This document shows, piece after piece, positions 47,677 through 57,107 of a DNA stretch of 64,000 nt. Origin of the DNA: Lentisphaeria bacterium (GTDB lineage Bacteria > Verrucomicrobiota > Lentisphaeria > Oligosphaerales > MVZH01); assembly GCA_032251435.1 (NCBI GenBank), contig JAVVEH010000016.1, positions 14,035 to 78,034 of the forward strand. The letters are read 5' to 3'. The notes under the pieces were generated by a model. The model was not told the origin of the DNA. It saw only the letters and a list, made by a program, of their open reading frames with translations, and searched no databases. Position 1 is the stretch's first letter; every line of letters begins with the position of its first letter. A program made the position numbers and the translations under genes.

Positions 47677-48885
47677 TTGGATCAACAAGCAATGACCAAC
47701 GACGAACACGTGGTTTACTATCATCGCCGTCCGGATCTCCTGTGGAAGCATGGGAAGCCATTGTTGACATCGATCGATATTGAACTGACCGAGCGCTGCA
47801 ATAATGATTGTATCCACTGTTGTATCAACTTGCCGGAAGATGATCCGGCCGAGCGTCGTGAATTGTCCACGCGGGAGTGGCAAGGGGTGCTTGATCAAGC
47901 GGCGGAGCTAGGAGCCTTGACAGTGCGTTTCACGGGGGGGGAACCGCTTTTGCGCCCCGATTTCACGGAGTTGTACCTGTACGCCCGGCGGCTGGGACTC
48001 CGTGTGCTGCTGTTTACCAACGCCCGTCTGATCACGCCTGAGCTTGCCGACCTTTTCACCCGGGTGGCTCCCCGGGAGAAGATTCAGATTACGGTTTACG
48101 GGATGAAAGCGGAATCATACGCGGCGGTCAGCCGGCGGGCGACGGGGTTCGCCGAATGCCGCGCGGGGATTGATCTGCTGCTGGAGCGGAAGATCCCGTT
48201 TTTGGTTAAGGGGACTGTGTTCCCGGACACCATCGATGAGATGGAGGCCTTCATTCGTTGGGCTTCAACAATTCCCGGAATGGATTCGATGCCCTCTTTT
48301 CCCATGTTCCTGGATATGCGTCACCGACGGGATTGCGCGGCGGAGAACAAGCGGATTCGGGCGTTACGGCTGTCCCCTGAGGAGGGGTTGCGCATATTGA
48401 CCACTCAACCGGCATTGTATAGACAGGAAATGGAGCGCTTCTGCGATGCCTTCCTGGGATCTCTGAATGACGCTGTCTTTAATTGCAACCACGGCAACGC
48501 TGTGTGCGTGGACGCCTACGGCAAGATGCAGTTCTGCCTGGGCTTGCGTGACCCGGAGACAACGCTGGATATTCGAGAGCATGATTTAAAGGAGATGCTG
48601 ACCACATTCATCCCCGCGCTTCGCCGCCGCGTGTCAAACCGGCCTGAATTTTTGAAACGGTGCGGGCGCTGTTTCTTGCGGGGGCTCTGCGAACAGTGCC
48701 CGGCGAAATCCTGGAGTGAACACGGTGTGCTGGACCAGCCGGTGGATTATGTCTGCGAGGTGGCCCACATACAGGCGAGGTATCTGGGATTGTTGAAACC
48801 GGGTGAAAAATCCTGGGAGGTCGAGGATTGGCAAGAACGCCTTGCTGAAATGAGAAAAACAGTAGTGTCGAAAAAAAGGATTTGA
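47677..48885 (+). CDS. Radical SAM/SPASM enzyme
   Basis: CNNDCIHC, TGGEP, FTNA; CGRCFLRGLCEQCP..C. Confidence 0.92.
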   Translation: MDQQAMTNDEHVVYYHRRPDLLWKHGKPLLTSIDIELTERCNNDCIHCCINLPEDDPAERRELSTREWQGVLDQAAELGALTVRFTGGEPLLRPDFTELYLYARRLGLRVLLFTNARLITPELADLFTRVAPREKIQITVYGMKAESYAAVSRRATGFAECRAGIDLLLERKIPFLVKGTVFPDTIDEMEAFIRWASTIPGMDSMPSFPMFLDMRHRRDCAAENKRIRALRLSPEEGLRILTTQPALYRQEMERFCDAFLGSLNDAVFNCNHGNAVCVDAYGKMQFCLGLRDPETTLDIREHDLKEMLTTFIPALRRRVSNRPEFLKRCGRCFLRGLCEQCPAKSWSEHGVLDQPVDYVCEVAHIQARYLGLLKPGEKSWEVEDWQERLAEMRKTVVSKKRI

Positions 48886-48888
48886 ACG

Positions 48889-49185
48889 ATGACGGATATG
48901 AGCCTGAATGATGTGTGCCGCAAATCGGATGATATTGTCGCGCGGGAGATTGAGGGGGAGATGATCATTATTCCCATGACAGCCGGGATCGGTGACATGG
49001 AAGACGAGATCTACGCGTTGGATGAGATCAGCTTGGACATCTGGAACCGCATTGACGGGATTAAGAGCGCTGGCCAGATCGCCCAAGAACTTGACGCGGC
49101 GTACGACGCTTCCTTGGAAACAATCCAGGCGGATGTGCTGGGGTTGCTGGGGGAACTTGTCAAACGAGGTATTATCCTGACCTGA
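48889..49185 (+). CDS. PqqD-family RiPP recognition element (RRE)
   Basis: VAREIEGE.II.P....IY.L.E....IW..IDG......IA..L...YD......D...L..L...G. Confidence 0.9.
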   Translation: MTDMSLNDVCRKSDDIVAREIEGEMIIIPMTAGIGDMEDEIYALDEISLDIWNRIDGIKSAGQIAQELDAAYDASLETIQADVLGLLGELVKRGIILT

Positions 49186-49244
49186 GCGTCAGGCAATGTC
49201 AGAACCGCGTGTGCCGATGTGCCACATTGGAAGAGGAAAAACGG

Positions 49245-50366
49245 ATGGGCTCTCCCGAAATCTCAAAAACAACCCTCACGGACTATATGCTAGAGAGAAA
49301 GATCGGGGCGGGACGCGTTCCGCTTTCGTTTGATTTTGAGTTAACAGCCCGCTGTAATAACGACTGCGGGCACTGTTATATCAATGTCCCCGCGGAGGAC
49401 GCGCGTTATCAGGAGGAGGAGTTGTCACTCCAAGAGATCGAACGGATCGCGGACGAAGCGGTGGCCATGGGGACGCTGTGGTGTCTGCTCAGCGGCGGTG
49501 AACCCTTGCTCAGGGAAGATTTTGACGACGTTTACCTGTCGCTCAAACGCAAAGGCCTGTTGGTTTCGGTCTACACCAACGCCTCACTGATTACTGAGCG
49601 CCACGTTGAGTTATTCAAAAAATACCCGCCTCGGGACTTGGAGGTGACAGTCTATGGTGTCACGCCTGAGACATTTGCCCGGGTCACCAACCGTCCCTCC
49701 GGGTTTTCCCAGTTCCAGCGCGGATTAAACAGATTGCTGGATAATAAGATACCTGTCCGACTTAAAGCCATGGCCCTGCGGTCAAATGTCCATGAATTGC
49801 CCGAGATCGCCGCTTTCTGCCGCGAGCATACCAAGGATTATTTCCGTTTTGATCCGCTTTTGAATCTCAGGCACGACAGGGATCCGGCGCGGAATCAACG
49901 CATTCTCGCCGAACGGCTGACTCCTGAGGAGATCGCGCGGATTGACCATGCGGACTTGGAACGCTCAGAGGCGTTGAGGAAGGATTGCGGCATTTACATT
50001 CACGATGCCGTGGAGCAAGAGGATTGTGCCCACTTGTTCCATTGCGGCGCGGGGCTGAACAGCTTTCACCTCAGCCATAATGGGCAGTTCCGCCTGTGCG
50101 GTTCTCTTTGCGCGCCGGATTGCGTTTACGATCTCCGTAACGGAAGCCTTCGTGAAGCGTGGACCCAATTCGCGCCCCGGGTTCTGGCCATGGAGACCAC
50201 GGATTCGGAGGTGCGGCGCAAATGCATCCATTGTCCGATATTTAACCTCTGCCTATGGTGTCCGGCGCATGCGTATCTGGAGTGTGGACACCTTGACAGG
50301 TGGTCCGAGTATTTCTGCAAGGTGGCGCATGCGCGCGAGGCGGCGTTAAAAGACCGTTTGGGTTAA
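49245..50366 (+). CDS. Radical SAM/SPASM enzyme
   Basis: CNNDCGHC, SGGEP, YTNA; CGAG, CIHCPIFNLCLWCP..C. Start at ATG 49245 after a gagga RBS. Confidence 0.92.
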   Translation: MGSPEISKTTLTDYMLERKIGAGRVPLSFDFELTARCNNDCGHCYINVPAEDARYQEEELSLQEIERIADEAVAMGTLWCLLSGGEPLLREDFDDVYLSLKRKGLLVSVYTNASLITERHVELFKKYPPRDLEVTVYGVTPETFARVTNRPSGFSQFQRGLNRLLDNKIPVRLKAMALRSNVHELPEIAAFCREHTKDYFRFDPLLNLRHDRDPARNQRILAERLTPEEIARIDHADLERSEALRKDCGIYIHDAVEQEDCAHLFHCGAGLNSFHLSHNGQFRLCGSLCAPDCVYDLRNGSLREAWTQFAPRVLAMETTDSEVRRKCIHCPIFNLCLWCPAHAYLECGHLDRWSEYFCKVAHAREAALKDRLG

Positions 50367-50414
50367 GAGCGCGCGGATTCGTGGCCCGGTCAATCGCTAA
50401 AATAGAACAGACCT

Positions 50415-50903
50415 ATGAGAATAACCGAGAAAGATGACACCGTCTTGTTATTGTCGCCCGCGCATTTGGCGGGGTTGATGCGCGCGGTGCTGGAGAAGGG
50501 GGCTAAGTTTCGGTTCACCGCCAATGGTGAAAGCATGGCTCCCTTCATTCGGAATGGTGATATCATCGTGGTCTCACCAGTGCCGGAGCGGGGGGTTCGG
50601 AACGGGGATGTGGTTGTCTTCCGCAATGCGGCCGACGGGGTCATGGTTCACCGGATCGTTCGGCGGCGTGGGGGGAAAGTCCTGCTCAAAGGCGATAACA
50701 ACCCGCGGCGGGACGGTATTTTTTCTGAAGGGAATATCATCGGCGTCGTGACCACAGTCGAGCGCGGCGGGCGGAAGATCTGGCACGGCGGACAAGGCGT
50801 GGCCTGGCTGTCAGCCTCAGGTCTGTTGAACCGCTTAATTTTGCCCGCGCTGCGGTTTGTGAAGCGTCAAATGAGGGGTTTTTCCCTCTGCCAGTTTTTT
50901 TAA
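50415..50903 (+). CDS. S24/S26-family (signal peptidase I-like) peptidase
   Basis: GESMAPFI..GD, GDVVVF, VHRIV, KGDN and IIGVV motifs; no N-terminal TM segment. Confidence 0.88.
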   Translation: MRITEKDDTVLLLSPAHLAGLMRAVLEKGAKFRFTANGESMAPFIRNGDIIVVSPVPERGVRNGDVVVFRNAADGVMVHRIVRRRGGKVLLKGDNNPRRDGIFSEGNIIGVVTTVERGGRKIWHGGQGVAWLSASGLLNRLILPALRFVKRQMRGFSLCQFF

Positions 50904-52711
50904 TATTTCCATGCGGATTGTTTCTTGTACATTTCGGCGTACCGGCCGTTTAGGGCCATCAGTTCGTCGTGCGAGCCGTTTTCGGTTATCCCGCCATTTT
51001 CGAGGACCAGGATGCGGTCGGCCATTTTAACCGTGGAGAACCGATGGCTGATGATCAGAGCGGATTTTCCCTCAATCAGGTTTTTAAAATTGCGGAATAA
51101 CTGGTATTCGGAGTCGGCATCCAGGGAGCTGGACGGTTCGTCCAGAATAACCAAGCTGGCGTCTCGGTAGAACGCCCGGGCGATAACCAGTTTTTGCCAC
51201 TCGCCATAACTGAGTTCCTCACCGGATTCAAACCACTTTCCGAGCATTGTGTCATACCCATGTGGCAACCGTGAAATAAGCTCACGGGCACCGGCCCGAT
51301 TCGCCGCCGCCTCCAGGTTGTCCTGATCATCTTTCTTGTTAACATCGCCCAGTCGAATGTTATCTCTCACAGTCATGTGGTAGTGAACAAAATCCTGGAA
51401 AACGACACTGATCCGCCCGCGCAATTCCGCGCTTGAAAATTGCCGGTAGTCATTTTCTCCGAAGAAGATGTGGCCGGTGTTTGGGTCGTAGAGCCGGCAG
51501 AGCAGTTTCACCAGCGTGCTTTTTCCGGCACCATTGGGACCGACCAAAGCCACCACTTCCCCTGGATTTATGTTAAACGAGACCCCCTTGAGCACCGGCT
51601 CCCGGACGCCTGGATAGGAAAAAGTGATATCATTCAGTTCCACGGGCATGGGGCGTTGGCTGGGGACAGGAACGGGATTGGCTGTCTCAACAAGCTTATT
51701 TTCAGCGTCCAGAAAGGTGAAGAAATGGCTGACAAAGAGATTGTCTTCATACAACTGAGAAAGATTCAGCAAAAAGCTTTTCAGGTGGGACAGGCCCCGT
51801 TGAAAAGCCTGGTAATACATCGCCATATCACCGAGGGTGATTGCGCCTTTAACTGTCCGGATGCCAATGAATAAAAAACATCCCATCAGCGCCAAAGTGG
51901 CGAAGGCCTGGGATAGACATTCCGCGATGGCCCGGTGCCGGGATAAAGCGAGCTTCTCTTTTCTGATCTCACCTCTTAGATGCCTGAAGACATCCGAAAA
52001 ATAAGGTCCCAGACCAAAAAGCCTGACTTCTTTGGCAAAATAGGTTCCTGTCAAAATCCAATGATAGTAAGAGGCTTTCCGTTCAGATGGGGTGATCTCT
52101 TTTTGCCATCTGAAACGTTTCCCGGCAAAGACGATTTGAGTTAACAACCCCGGCAGGGTGGAAACAAAAAGCAGAATGCCGACTGACCAGTGAAAGGTGA
52201 AAAGCAGTCCCGCCATAACCGCTAGAGAGATGGCGTTCTGGGCCAGTTGATGGAGTCCTCTGACGATTGTCGTCGGCCGGTGGGGCCCCTCACTTTGAGC
52301 TCTATGAAGGGTGTCTTGAAATTCGGCATTTTCGTAGTAGGACAGATCGAGTTCAATCGACTTTTTGTGCATCACATCGTGGACGTAATCGCCGACGACA
52401 CTGCTTTGGGCTTCCGTAACGTAGGCGCTCAGCTTTTCCAGACCGGTCTGGACAAGGGCGATTGCCGCGGCGATAGCCACCAAAATGATCATGCTCGAAA
52501 GCGTTCCATCAGCGCCCTCGGCGGACACCGCCTCTGAAATGGTGTCGATAACACGCTTGATCAGATAAAGTGAGATAAGCGGCAGCACGCCTTGGACAAT
52601 AACCAGGCCGGCGTTGACAAGCGTCCAGCCGGGGCTGGCGCGCCAAACCAGGGAAATCGCCCGGTCGATACGGACAGTGTGTTTTAGTTTGTTGGAAATG
52701 GAAGAAGGCAC
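50900..52711 (-). CDS. ABC exporter (fused permease + ATPase, no C39 peptidase domain)
   Basis: TM region; AKEVRLF, GPNGAGKST, LSYGEWQK, LDEP and ISHR motifs. Confidence 0.92.
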   Translation of the reverse strand: MPSSISNKLKHTVRIDRAISLVWRASPGWTLVNAGLVIVQGVLPLISLYLIKRVIDTISEAVSAEGADGTLSSMIILVAIAAAIALVQTGLEKLSAYVTEAQSSVVGDYVHDVMHKKSIELDLSYYENAEFQDTLHRAQSEGPHRPTTIVRGLHQLAQNAISLAVMAGLLFTFHWSVGILLFVSTLPGLLTQIVFAGKRFRWQKEITPSERKASYYHWILTGTYFAKEVRLFGLGPYFSDVFRHLRGEIRKEKLALSRHRAIAECLSQAFATLALMGCFLFIGIRTVKGAITLGDMAMYYQAFQRGLSHLKSFLLNLSQLYEDNLFVSHFFTFLDAENKLVETANPVPVPSQRPMPVELNDITFSYPGVREPVLKGVSFNINPGEVVALVGPNGAGKSTLVKLLCRLYDPNTGHIFFGENDYRQFSSAELRGRISVVFQDFVHYHMTVRDNIRLGDVNKKDDQDNLEAAANRAGARELISRLPHGYDTMLGKWFESGEELSYGEWQKLVIARAFYRDASLVILDEPSSSLDADSEYQLFRNFKNLIEGKSALIISHRFSTVKMADRILVLENGGITENGSHDELMALNGRYAEMYKKQSAWKY

Positions 52712-52733
52712 AGGGAGTTTATCAATACTCAGG

Positions 52734-53987
52734 TTAAGCTCTATGCAATAATTTACGCCGCATCGTTTCGGTTTCGCTTATTTGGCGGGCGCTGTTCCGC
52801 GTTTCGCGCCTGCCCAGGATTAGCGACAGCAAAGCGGCTATACGCCACCTGCATAGATCCCGCAAATAGAGCGGATAATAGGCGAACCGCCGCCAGGAAC
52901 CCGGTGGCGCGCCGTATGTGGCTGACAGTGTTCCGGGTGGAGGAATGAGGCGTTTAAACACCAAAGCCGCCTTTTTTCTAATGCCTTTGGTTTCCCACCA
53001 CAGACTGACACCTGGCGTGGGTAAACTATCCCCTGTTTCTTCAAAATCGTTTTTGAAAAGTCCGGCAATCCGGTCCAAGTCCGCAGTGTCAATGTTTTCG
53101 GGCGTCAACATATCAAGAACATTCCGCGGAACAGGCGTTTTAAAAAAATCAGCGGAAATGGCGAGAAAAACATAGGTCGCCGCTTCCCCGTTCCATTCCC
53201 GCGCCGTGGCGACAATCTGTCGCCAATCCAGTTTGTCGCCATAAAAACGGATGATCACATCCAGATCATACAGCATGCGCAGACACAACTCGTGCAGATG
53301 TTCCGCCAAGTGCAGGCACAAATACGGAATAAGATCTATCGGTTTGAGTGCCAGAGCCTTTTCCGAACCAAGGCCTAAGCAATCAAGCCGACTCCATAGC
53401 ATCGTGGCGGAAATACCGTTGCCTTCGCCATTGATCGGATCCCAGTGAAGTTCCAGGAAAATTTTTTTGGCCGGAAGGGTGTAGCTGAAATGTTTGCCTT
53501 TGGCTGATTTTATCCGCTGTTTCGCATGCGGCTGAGCGCCTTGGGCAAGCAGCAATGTGTCGGCTTTCTCTAAGTCACTCTCTCTGACAAGCAAATCAAT
53601 ATCAATCATGCTGCGCAGAGCGATATTGCCGTAAACGGCCTCGGCCAGATGGGCGCCTTTCAGCAACGCCACCGGAATCTTTTCCCGGTTGAAGCAGTGC
53701 AGGAGCCGTTCAAGCTCACCAAAGAAACGCATATTCCGGGCGGCGGAATGAAAATAAAGCCGCCGCAGTTCGGAGAATACATCTTCTGAAATCTCCAGTT
53801 TTTCTTTATATGGCTTCAGCGCGTGATAAAGGTTTGGTGTGAGACCATGGGGTTTGGCCAACTGGAGAATCTTATTCCAGTCCGGCGCCGGAATTTTCTG
53901 GAGCAGCGCCAGTTTCTCGTCCTCCGGAAGCTGGCGAAGGCAGGTCAGTAGATGTTCAAAGGTAGAAAACATATTTTGTATGACCAC
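52734..53987 (-). CDS. Nucleotidyltransferase family protein (NTP_transf_5-like)
   Basis: LLKGAHLA...Y...ALR...DIDLLV, ELHW and L.LH...LYDL. Probable start ATG 53972. Confidence 0.88.
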   Translation of the reverse strand: MVIQNMFSTFEHLLTCLRQLPEDEKLALLQKIPAPDWNKILQLAKPHGLTPNLYHALKPYKEKLEISEDVFSELRRLYFHSAARNMRFFGELERLLHCFNREKIPVALLKGAHLAEAVYGNIALRSMIDIDLLVRESDLEKADTLLLAQGAQPHAKQRIKSAKGKHFSYTLPAKKIFLELHWDPINGEGNGISATMLWSRLDCLGLGSEKALALKPIDLIPYLCLHLAEHLHELCLRMLYDLDVIIRFYGDKLDWRQIVATAREWNGEAATYVFLAISADFFKTPVPRNVLDMLTPENIDTADLDRIAGLFKNDFEETGDSLPTPGVSLWWETKGIRKKAALVFKRLIPPPGTLSATYGAPPGSWRRFAYYPLYLRDLCRWRIAALLSLILGRRETRNSARQISETETMRRKLLHRA

Positions 53988-54106
53988 TCAGTGGTCACAA
54001 ATGAGAGTGTAAAACGCACCCACTCAGTGGTCACAAATGAGAGTCTAAAACGCACCCGCTTAGTAGTCGCAATGGGAGTGTGAAACGCGTCCACTGTGCG
54101 GTCTCC
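53981..54106. repeat. About 3.5 tandem copies of a 35-36-bp palindrome-containing unit (REP family C)
   Basis: ccactcagtggtcacaaatgagagtstaaaacgcac twice, plus degenerate copies. Confidence 0.85.
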
Positions 54107-54110
54107 GCCC

Positions 54111-54671
54111 TCAATGGCTCACATCTTTCCACCGGATGACATTCCAGGCGGTCAGGAAGATAATTTTCATATCCAGTAAGAACGAGCGGTTATGCAGATA
54201 CCACGTGTCAAGTTCCACCTTACGGGCGATGGGGATGTCATCGCGGCCGTTGATCTGCGCCCAGCCCGTTATCCCCGGTGTCAACACATGCGCGCCCGAT
54301 TCTGTGCGCAGGGCGATCTGGTCGTCTTGATTAAAGAGAGCGGGGCGGGGGCCGACAATCGACATCTCACCTTTCATCACGTTGAGTAACTGTGGCAGCT
54401 CATCCAGACTTGATTTGCGTAAAAAATCACCGACGGGTGTTAGGAAGGCTTTTGGATTCGTCAGCAAGTGAGTGGCCACCTGTGGTGTGTCCGTCCGCAT
54501 CGTCCTGAACTTCAGCATATTAAAATGGGTGTTATTGGCTCCAATCCGGTCGGACACATAAAACACCGGCCCTTTAGAAGTGATTTTCACGAAAAGCGCG
54601 CAGATCAAAAACAGCGGAGAGAAACACACGAAAGCAAGAAATGAAATTGTTAAATCAAAGAGTCGTTTCAT
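54111..54671 (-). CDS. Initiating sugar (phosphoglycosyl) transferase, bacterial sugar transferase family
   Basis: KRLFD, KFRTM, LRKSSLDELPQL.NV.KGEMSIVGPRP and PGITGWAQINGR motifs. Confidence 0.93.
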   Translation of the reverse strand: MKRLFDLTISFLAFVCFSPLFLICALFVKITSKGPVFYVSDRIGANNTHFNMLKFRTMRTDTPQVATHLLTNPKAFLTPVGDFLRKSSLDELPQLLNVMKGEMSIVGPRPALFNQDDQIALRTESGAHVLTPGITGWAQINGRDDIPIARKVELDTWYLHNRSFLLDMKIIFLTAWNVIRWKDVSH

Positions 54672-54694
54672 AGTGGGTTGTAAATCGTTGGTAT

Positions 54695-54854
54695 TGCGAC
54701 CACTGAGTGGTCGCAATGGGGAGTTTAAAACAGCCTTTTTTTATTTCGAACACCCAGTGGTCGCAATGGGGAGTTTTAAAAAGCCTTTTTTACTCTCTCT
54801 CCTGCGCCCACTGTGTGGGTTCAGGTCCCTCTTGCGACTACTGTGTGGTCGCAA
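54695..54854. repeat. REP family C palindromes (gcgaccactgagtggtcgc) upstream of the sugar transferase
   Basis: ttgcgaccactgagtggtcgcaa, agtggtcgcaatggggagttt twice, ttgcgactactgtgtggtcgcaa. Confidence 0.8.
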
Positions 54855-55971
54855 GCTCTGAATAGACAGCTAGTGTTTCCGAAATCACTTTTTCAATGGC
54901 GAACTCTTCTTCGACAATATTCCGTCCCTTCTTTCCCATGTGACAACGGAGTTCCGGGGATTCGATCAATCTTTGGAGCGCGTCGGCTAGTTCTGTCGTG
55001 CTGAACAAGGGCACCAGTAACCCGTTTTCGCCATCCCGCACCACTTCCCGGCACCCTACCGTGTCGGTGGTTATGATCGGTCGGCCGCATGAGGCCGCTT
55101 CAAGTAAGGCTTTGGGCAGTCCCTCGCGATACGATGGTAAACAAACAATATGGCAATTGGCCAGCACGTCCGGCATGTTTTCCTTGCGCCCCCACCATTC
55201 AACGATACCGGAGTCCACCCATTCATTGAGTGTGTCCATTGGCACGGCGGCGTGGTTATGTTCATCCGCCGCTCCCGCCAGAATAAAGCGCGCGTGAACG
55301 CCCCGACCGTGAAGAATCCTGGCCGCTTCAACGAATTCCACAATGCCTTTATCCTTCAGAACCCGCGCCGGCACGATAACGAGAGGCGGATGGGGGGCTG
55401 GTTCTTTACTGAAGGCGAACTCAGATGTGTCCACGCCAGCTCCCCGAATCAGCACGGTTCGACTCTGTTTGACGATACCCGCCTTGACCAAGGTCTGCCG
55501 GTCTTCGTCATTCTGCATGATCAGTGTCGCGTTTTTCCTGTTGAGCACCAATCGGAACGCCGCGTTGATGACAGGGCGGAGTAGACGGGCCTTCATCTGT
55601 CTGGAGGTGAAAATGTAACCCATGCCGGTAATGGCGTTCACCACACGCGGGACACGCGCGAAACGAGCGGCGATGGAGCCGTAAAGAATCGGCTTGATCG
55701 CGACATGATGGACAATGTCCGGCTTTTCCCGGCGATACAAGGTAACCAGCCGCCCAATCAGCATCAAGGCCTTAAACGGGTTCACACTGCCCCGGTCGAG
55801 ATCAAAAGGAATGATGCGGATGCCCGCTTTCTTGATTTTTTCTCCATGCTCTTTGACGTGGGTAATGACAGCCACATCGTAACCGCTGTCACGGGCCGCC
55901 ACCGCCAGTGGCAGACGATGGGAACAAAACACCCAGTCTTCGGTAATGAAATATAAAAGCTTTTTCGGCAT
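54838..55971 (-). CDS. GT4 glycosyltransferase (PglA-like)
   Basis: KPILYG, TGMG, QNDED, GAGVD, R....KG and PSYREGLPKALLEA motifs. Confidence 0.92.
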   Translation of the reverse strand: MPKKLLYFITEDWVFCSHRLPLAVAARDSGYDVAVITHVKEHGEKIKKAGIRIIPFDLDRGSVNPFKALMLIGRLVTLYRREKPDIVHHVAIKPILYGSIAARFARVPRVVNAITGMGYIFTSRQMKARLLRPVINAAFRLVLNRKNATLIMQNDEDRQTLVKAGIVKQSRTVLIRGAGVDTSEFAFSKEPAPHPPLVIVPARVLKDKGIVEFVEAARILHGRGVHARFILAGAADEHNHAAVPMDTLNEWVDSGIVEWWGRKENMPDVLANCHIVCLPSYREGLPKALLEAASCGRPIITTDTVGCREVVRDGENGLLVPLFSTTELADALQRLIESPELRCHMGKKGRNIVEEEFAIEKVISETLAVYSELATTQ

Positions 55972-56021
55972 GGGTGTCGTCTATCTATATTGAACGATTT
56001 TACCGTGTCTTCGGTGGAAAT

Positions 56022-57107
56022 TCATATTTTTTCCCACAGCATGTCCAAACCGGAAATAGTCTTTCTCGCCAAGGTGCAATAGACATCACCCTCACCGGCG
56101 AAAAAGACGATATCATCGGTATCTTTTAAAATGGACGAGATATATCGAATGCCGGGGGTTCTTCCCCGCGCTCCCTTGCCGTCAAAAATGGGTTTTGAAC
56201 TGATTTTAACCGGGAGCAAGGTTTTTTTGTCGATTAAAACAGCCCAGTGAAAGTAGCAGCGTCCCGTGACACGGTGTTGTATCTGGTGTATGATCAATAA
56301 CAGGTGCTTGTCATCATAATCAATCGGGTTGGCGCTTAGCGACACGCGTGTTCCAAAGCCGCCTGGATCCTTGAGTTTTTCAAATTCATCTGTATTGATG
56401 ACAGTTTGGAACTGGAATTCACCGTCGTTTTTCAATCGCAACACTCGATACGGATTCACAGAATAGAACAGCCAGAGTTTTTGACCCAGGGCCGCGTACA
56501 TCCAATTCTTCTCAAAGTCTCCTATGGGGAAGTCCAATTGTGGCTGTGCCACAAAACATAACCTTTTTTCAACAGGATCAAAAACAGATAATGCGGAACA
56601 AACCCCTGCCTGTTCCCGGTTCCCATTATGGTTGACGACGCGCGTTAAACTGTGGTTCGCCCATATTTTATTTTTCCACCGGAATAAACGAAAATCCTCC
56701 ATCGCGCAGTCGTCGTCTTCAGGATCGTGATGACATGTGGTAGCCACGTCATAGCGCTTACATCGCCCCTTGTCATTCAGTATTAAAATGACAGGGCTCC
56801 CCTTTAGATATAAATGGGCGCGCGGACCATTCGCTTTCCACCATGGCGTTATGTGTCCCTTCGCCAACAACAGATAGCCTCCGTCGTCTAGCTTGACGGC
56901 GCCGGGATTAAAGATTCCTCCTTTGAACCCCAGTGTCCCCGGCTTCGCCAAGACCGAAGTGTGTGACGCGTTACGCGCGTAACACCATGGGCGGACACAC
57001 CATCCTATACCTATTTTTCTGTATTCATAGAACGCCTCAATCCAGCTGACCAGTAACCGGTGAACGCGGGGAAATATCTGACTGTGTAAAGGCGGCTTAT
57101 TTCTCAT
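56022..57107 (-). CDS. Hypothetical protein, possible GH130-like beta-propeller
   Basis: IFNPGA, EDFRL, EKNW and GEGD motifs resemble five-bladed propeller glycosidases/phosphorylases. Confidence 0.5.
   Translation of the reverse strand: MRNKPPLHSQIFPRVHRLLVSWIEAFYEYRKIGIGWCVRPWCYARNASHTSVLAKPGTLGFKGGIFNPGAVKLDDGGYLLLAKGHITPWWKANGPRAHLYLKGSPVILILNDKGRCKRYDVATTCHHDPEDDDCAMEDFRLFRWKNKIWANHSLTRVVNHNGNREQAGVCSALSVFDPVEKRLCFVAQPQLDFPIGDFEKNWMYAALGQKLWLFYSVNPYRVLRLKNDGEFQFQTVINTDEFEKLKDPGGFGTRVSLSANPIDYDDKHLLLIIHQIQHRVTGRCYFHWAVLIDKKTLLPVKISSKPIFDGKGARGRTPGIRYISSILKDTDDIVFFAGEGDVYCTLARKTISGLDMLWEKI

Noticed and set aside
45178-53987. Lasso peptide or PQQ biosynthesis cluster
   Set aside because: There is no asparagine-synthetase-like cyclase or transglutaminase-like B2 protein, no pqqB/C, and no ExxxY precursor motif.
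53984-54106. 36-bp periodic repeats as a CRISPR array
   Set aside because: The units are directly tandem with no unique spacers, and there are no cas genes in the window.
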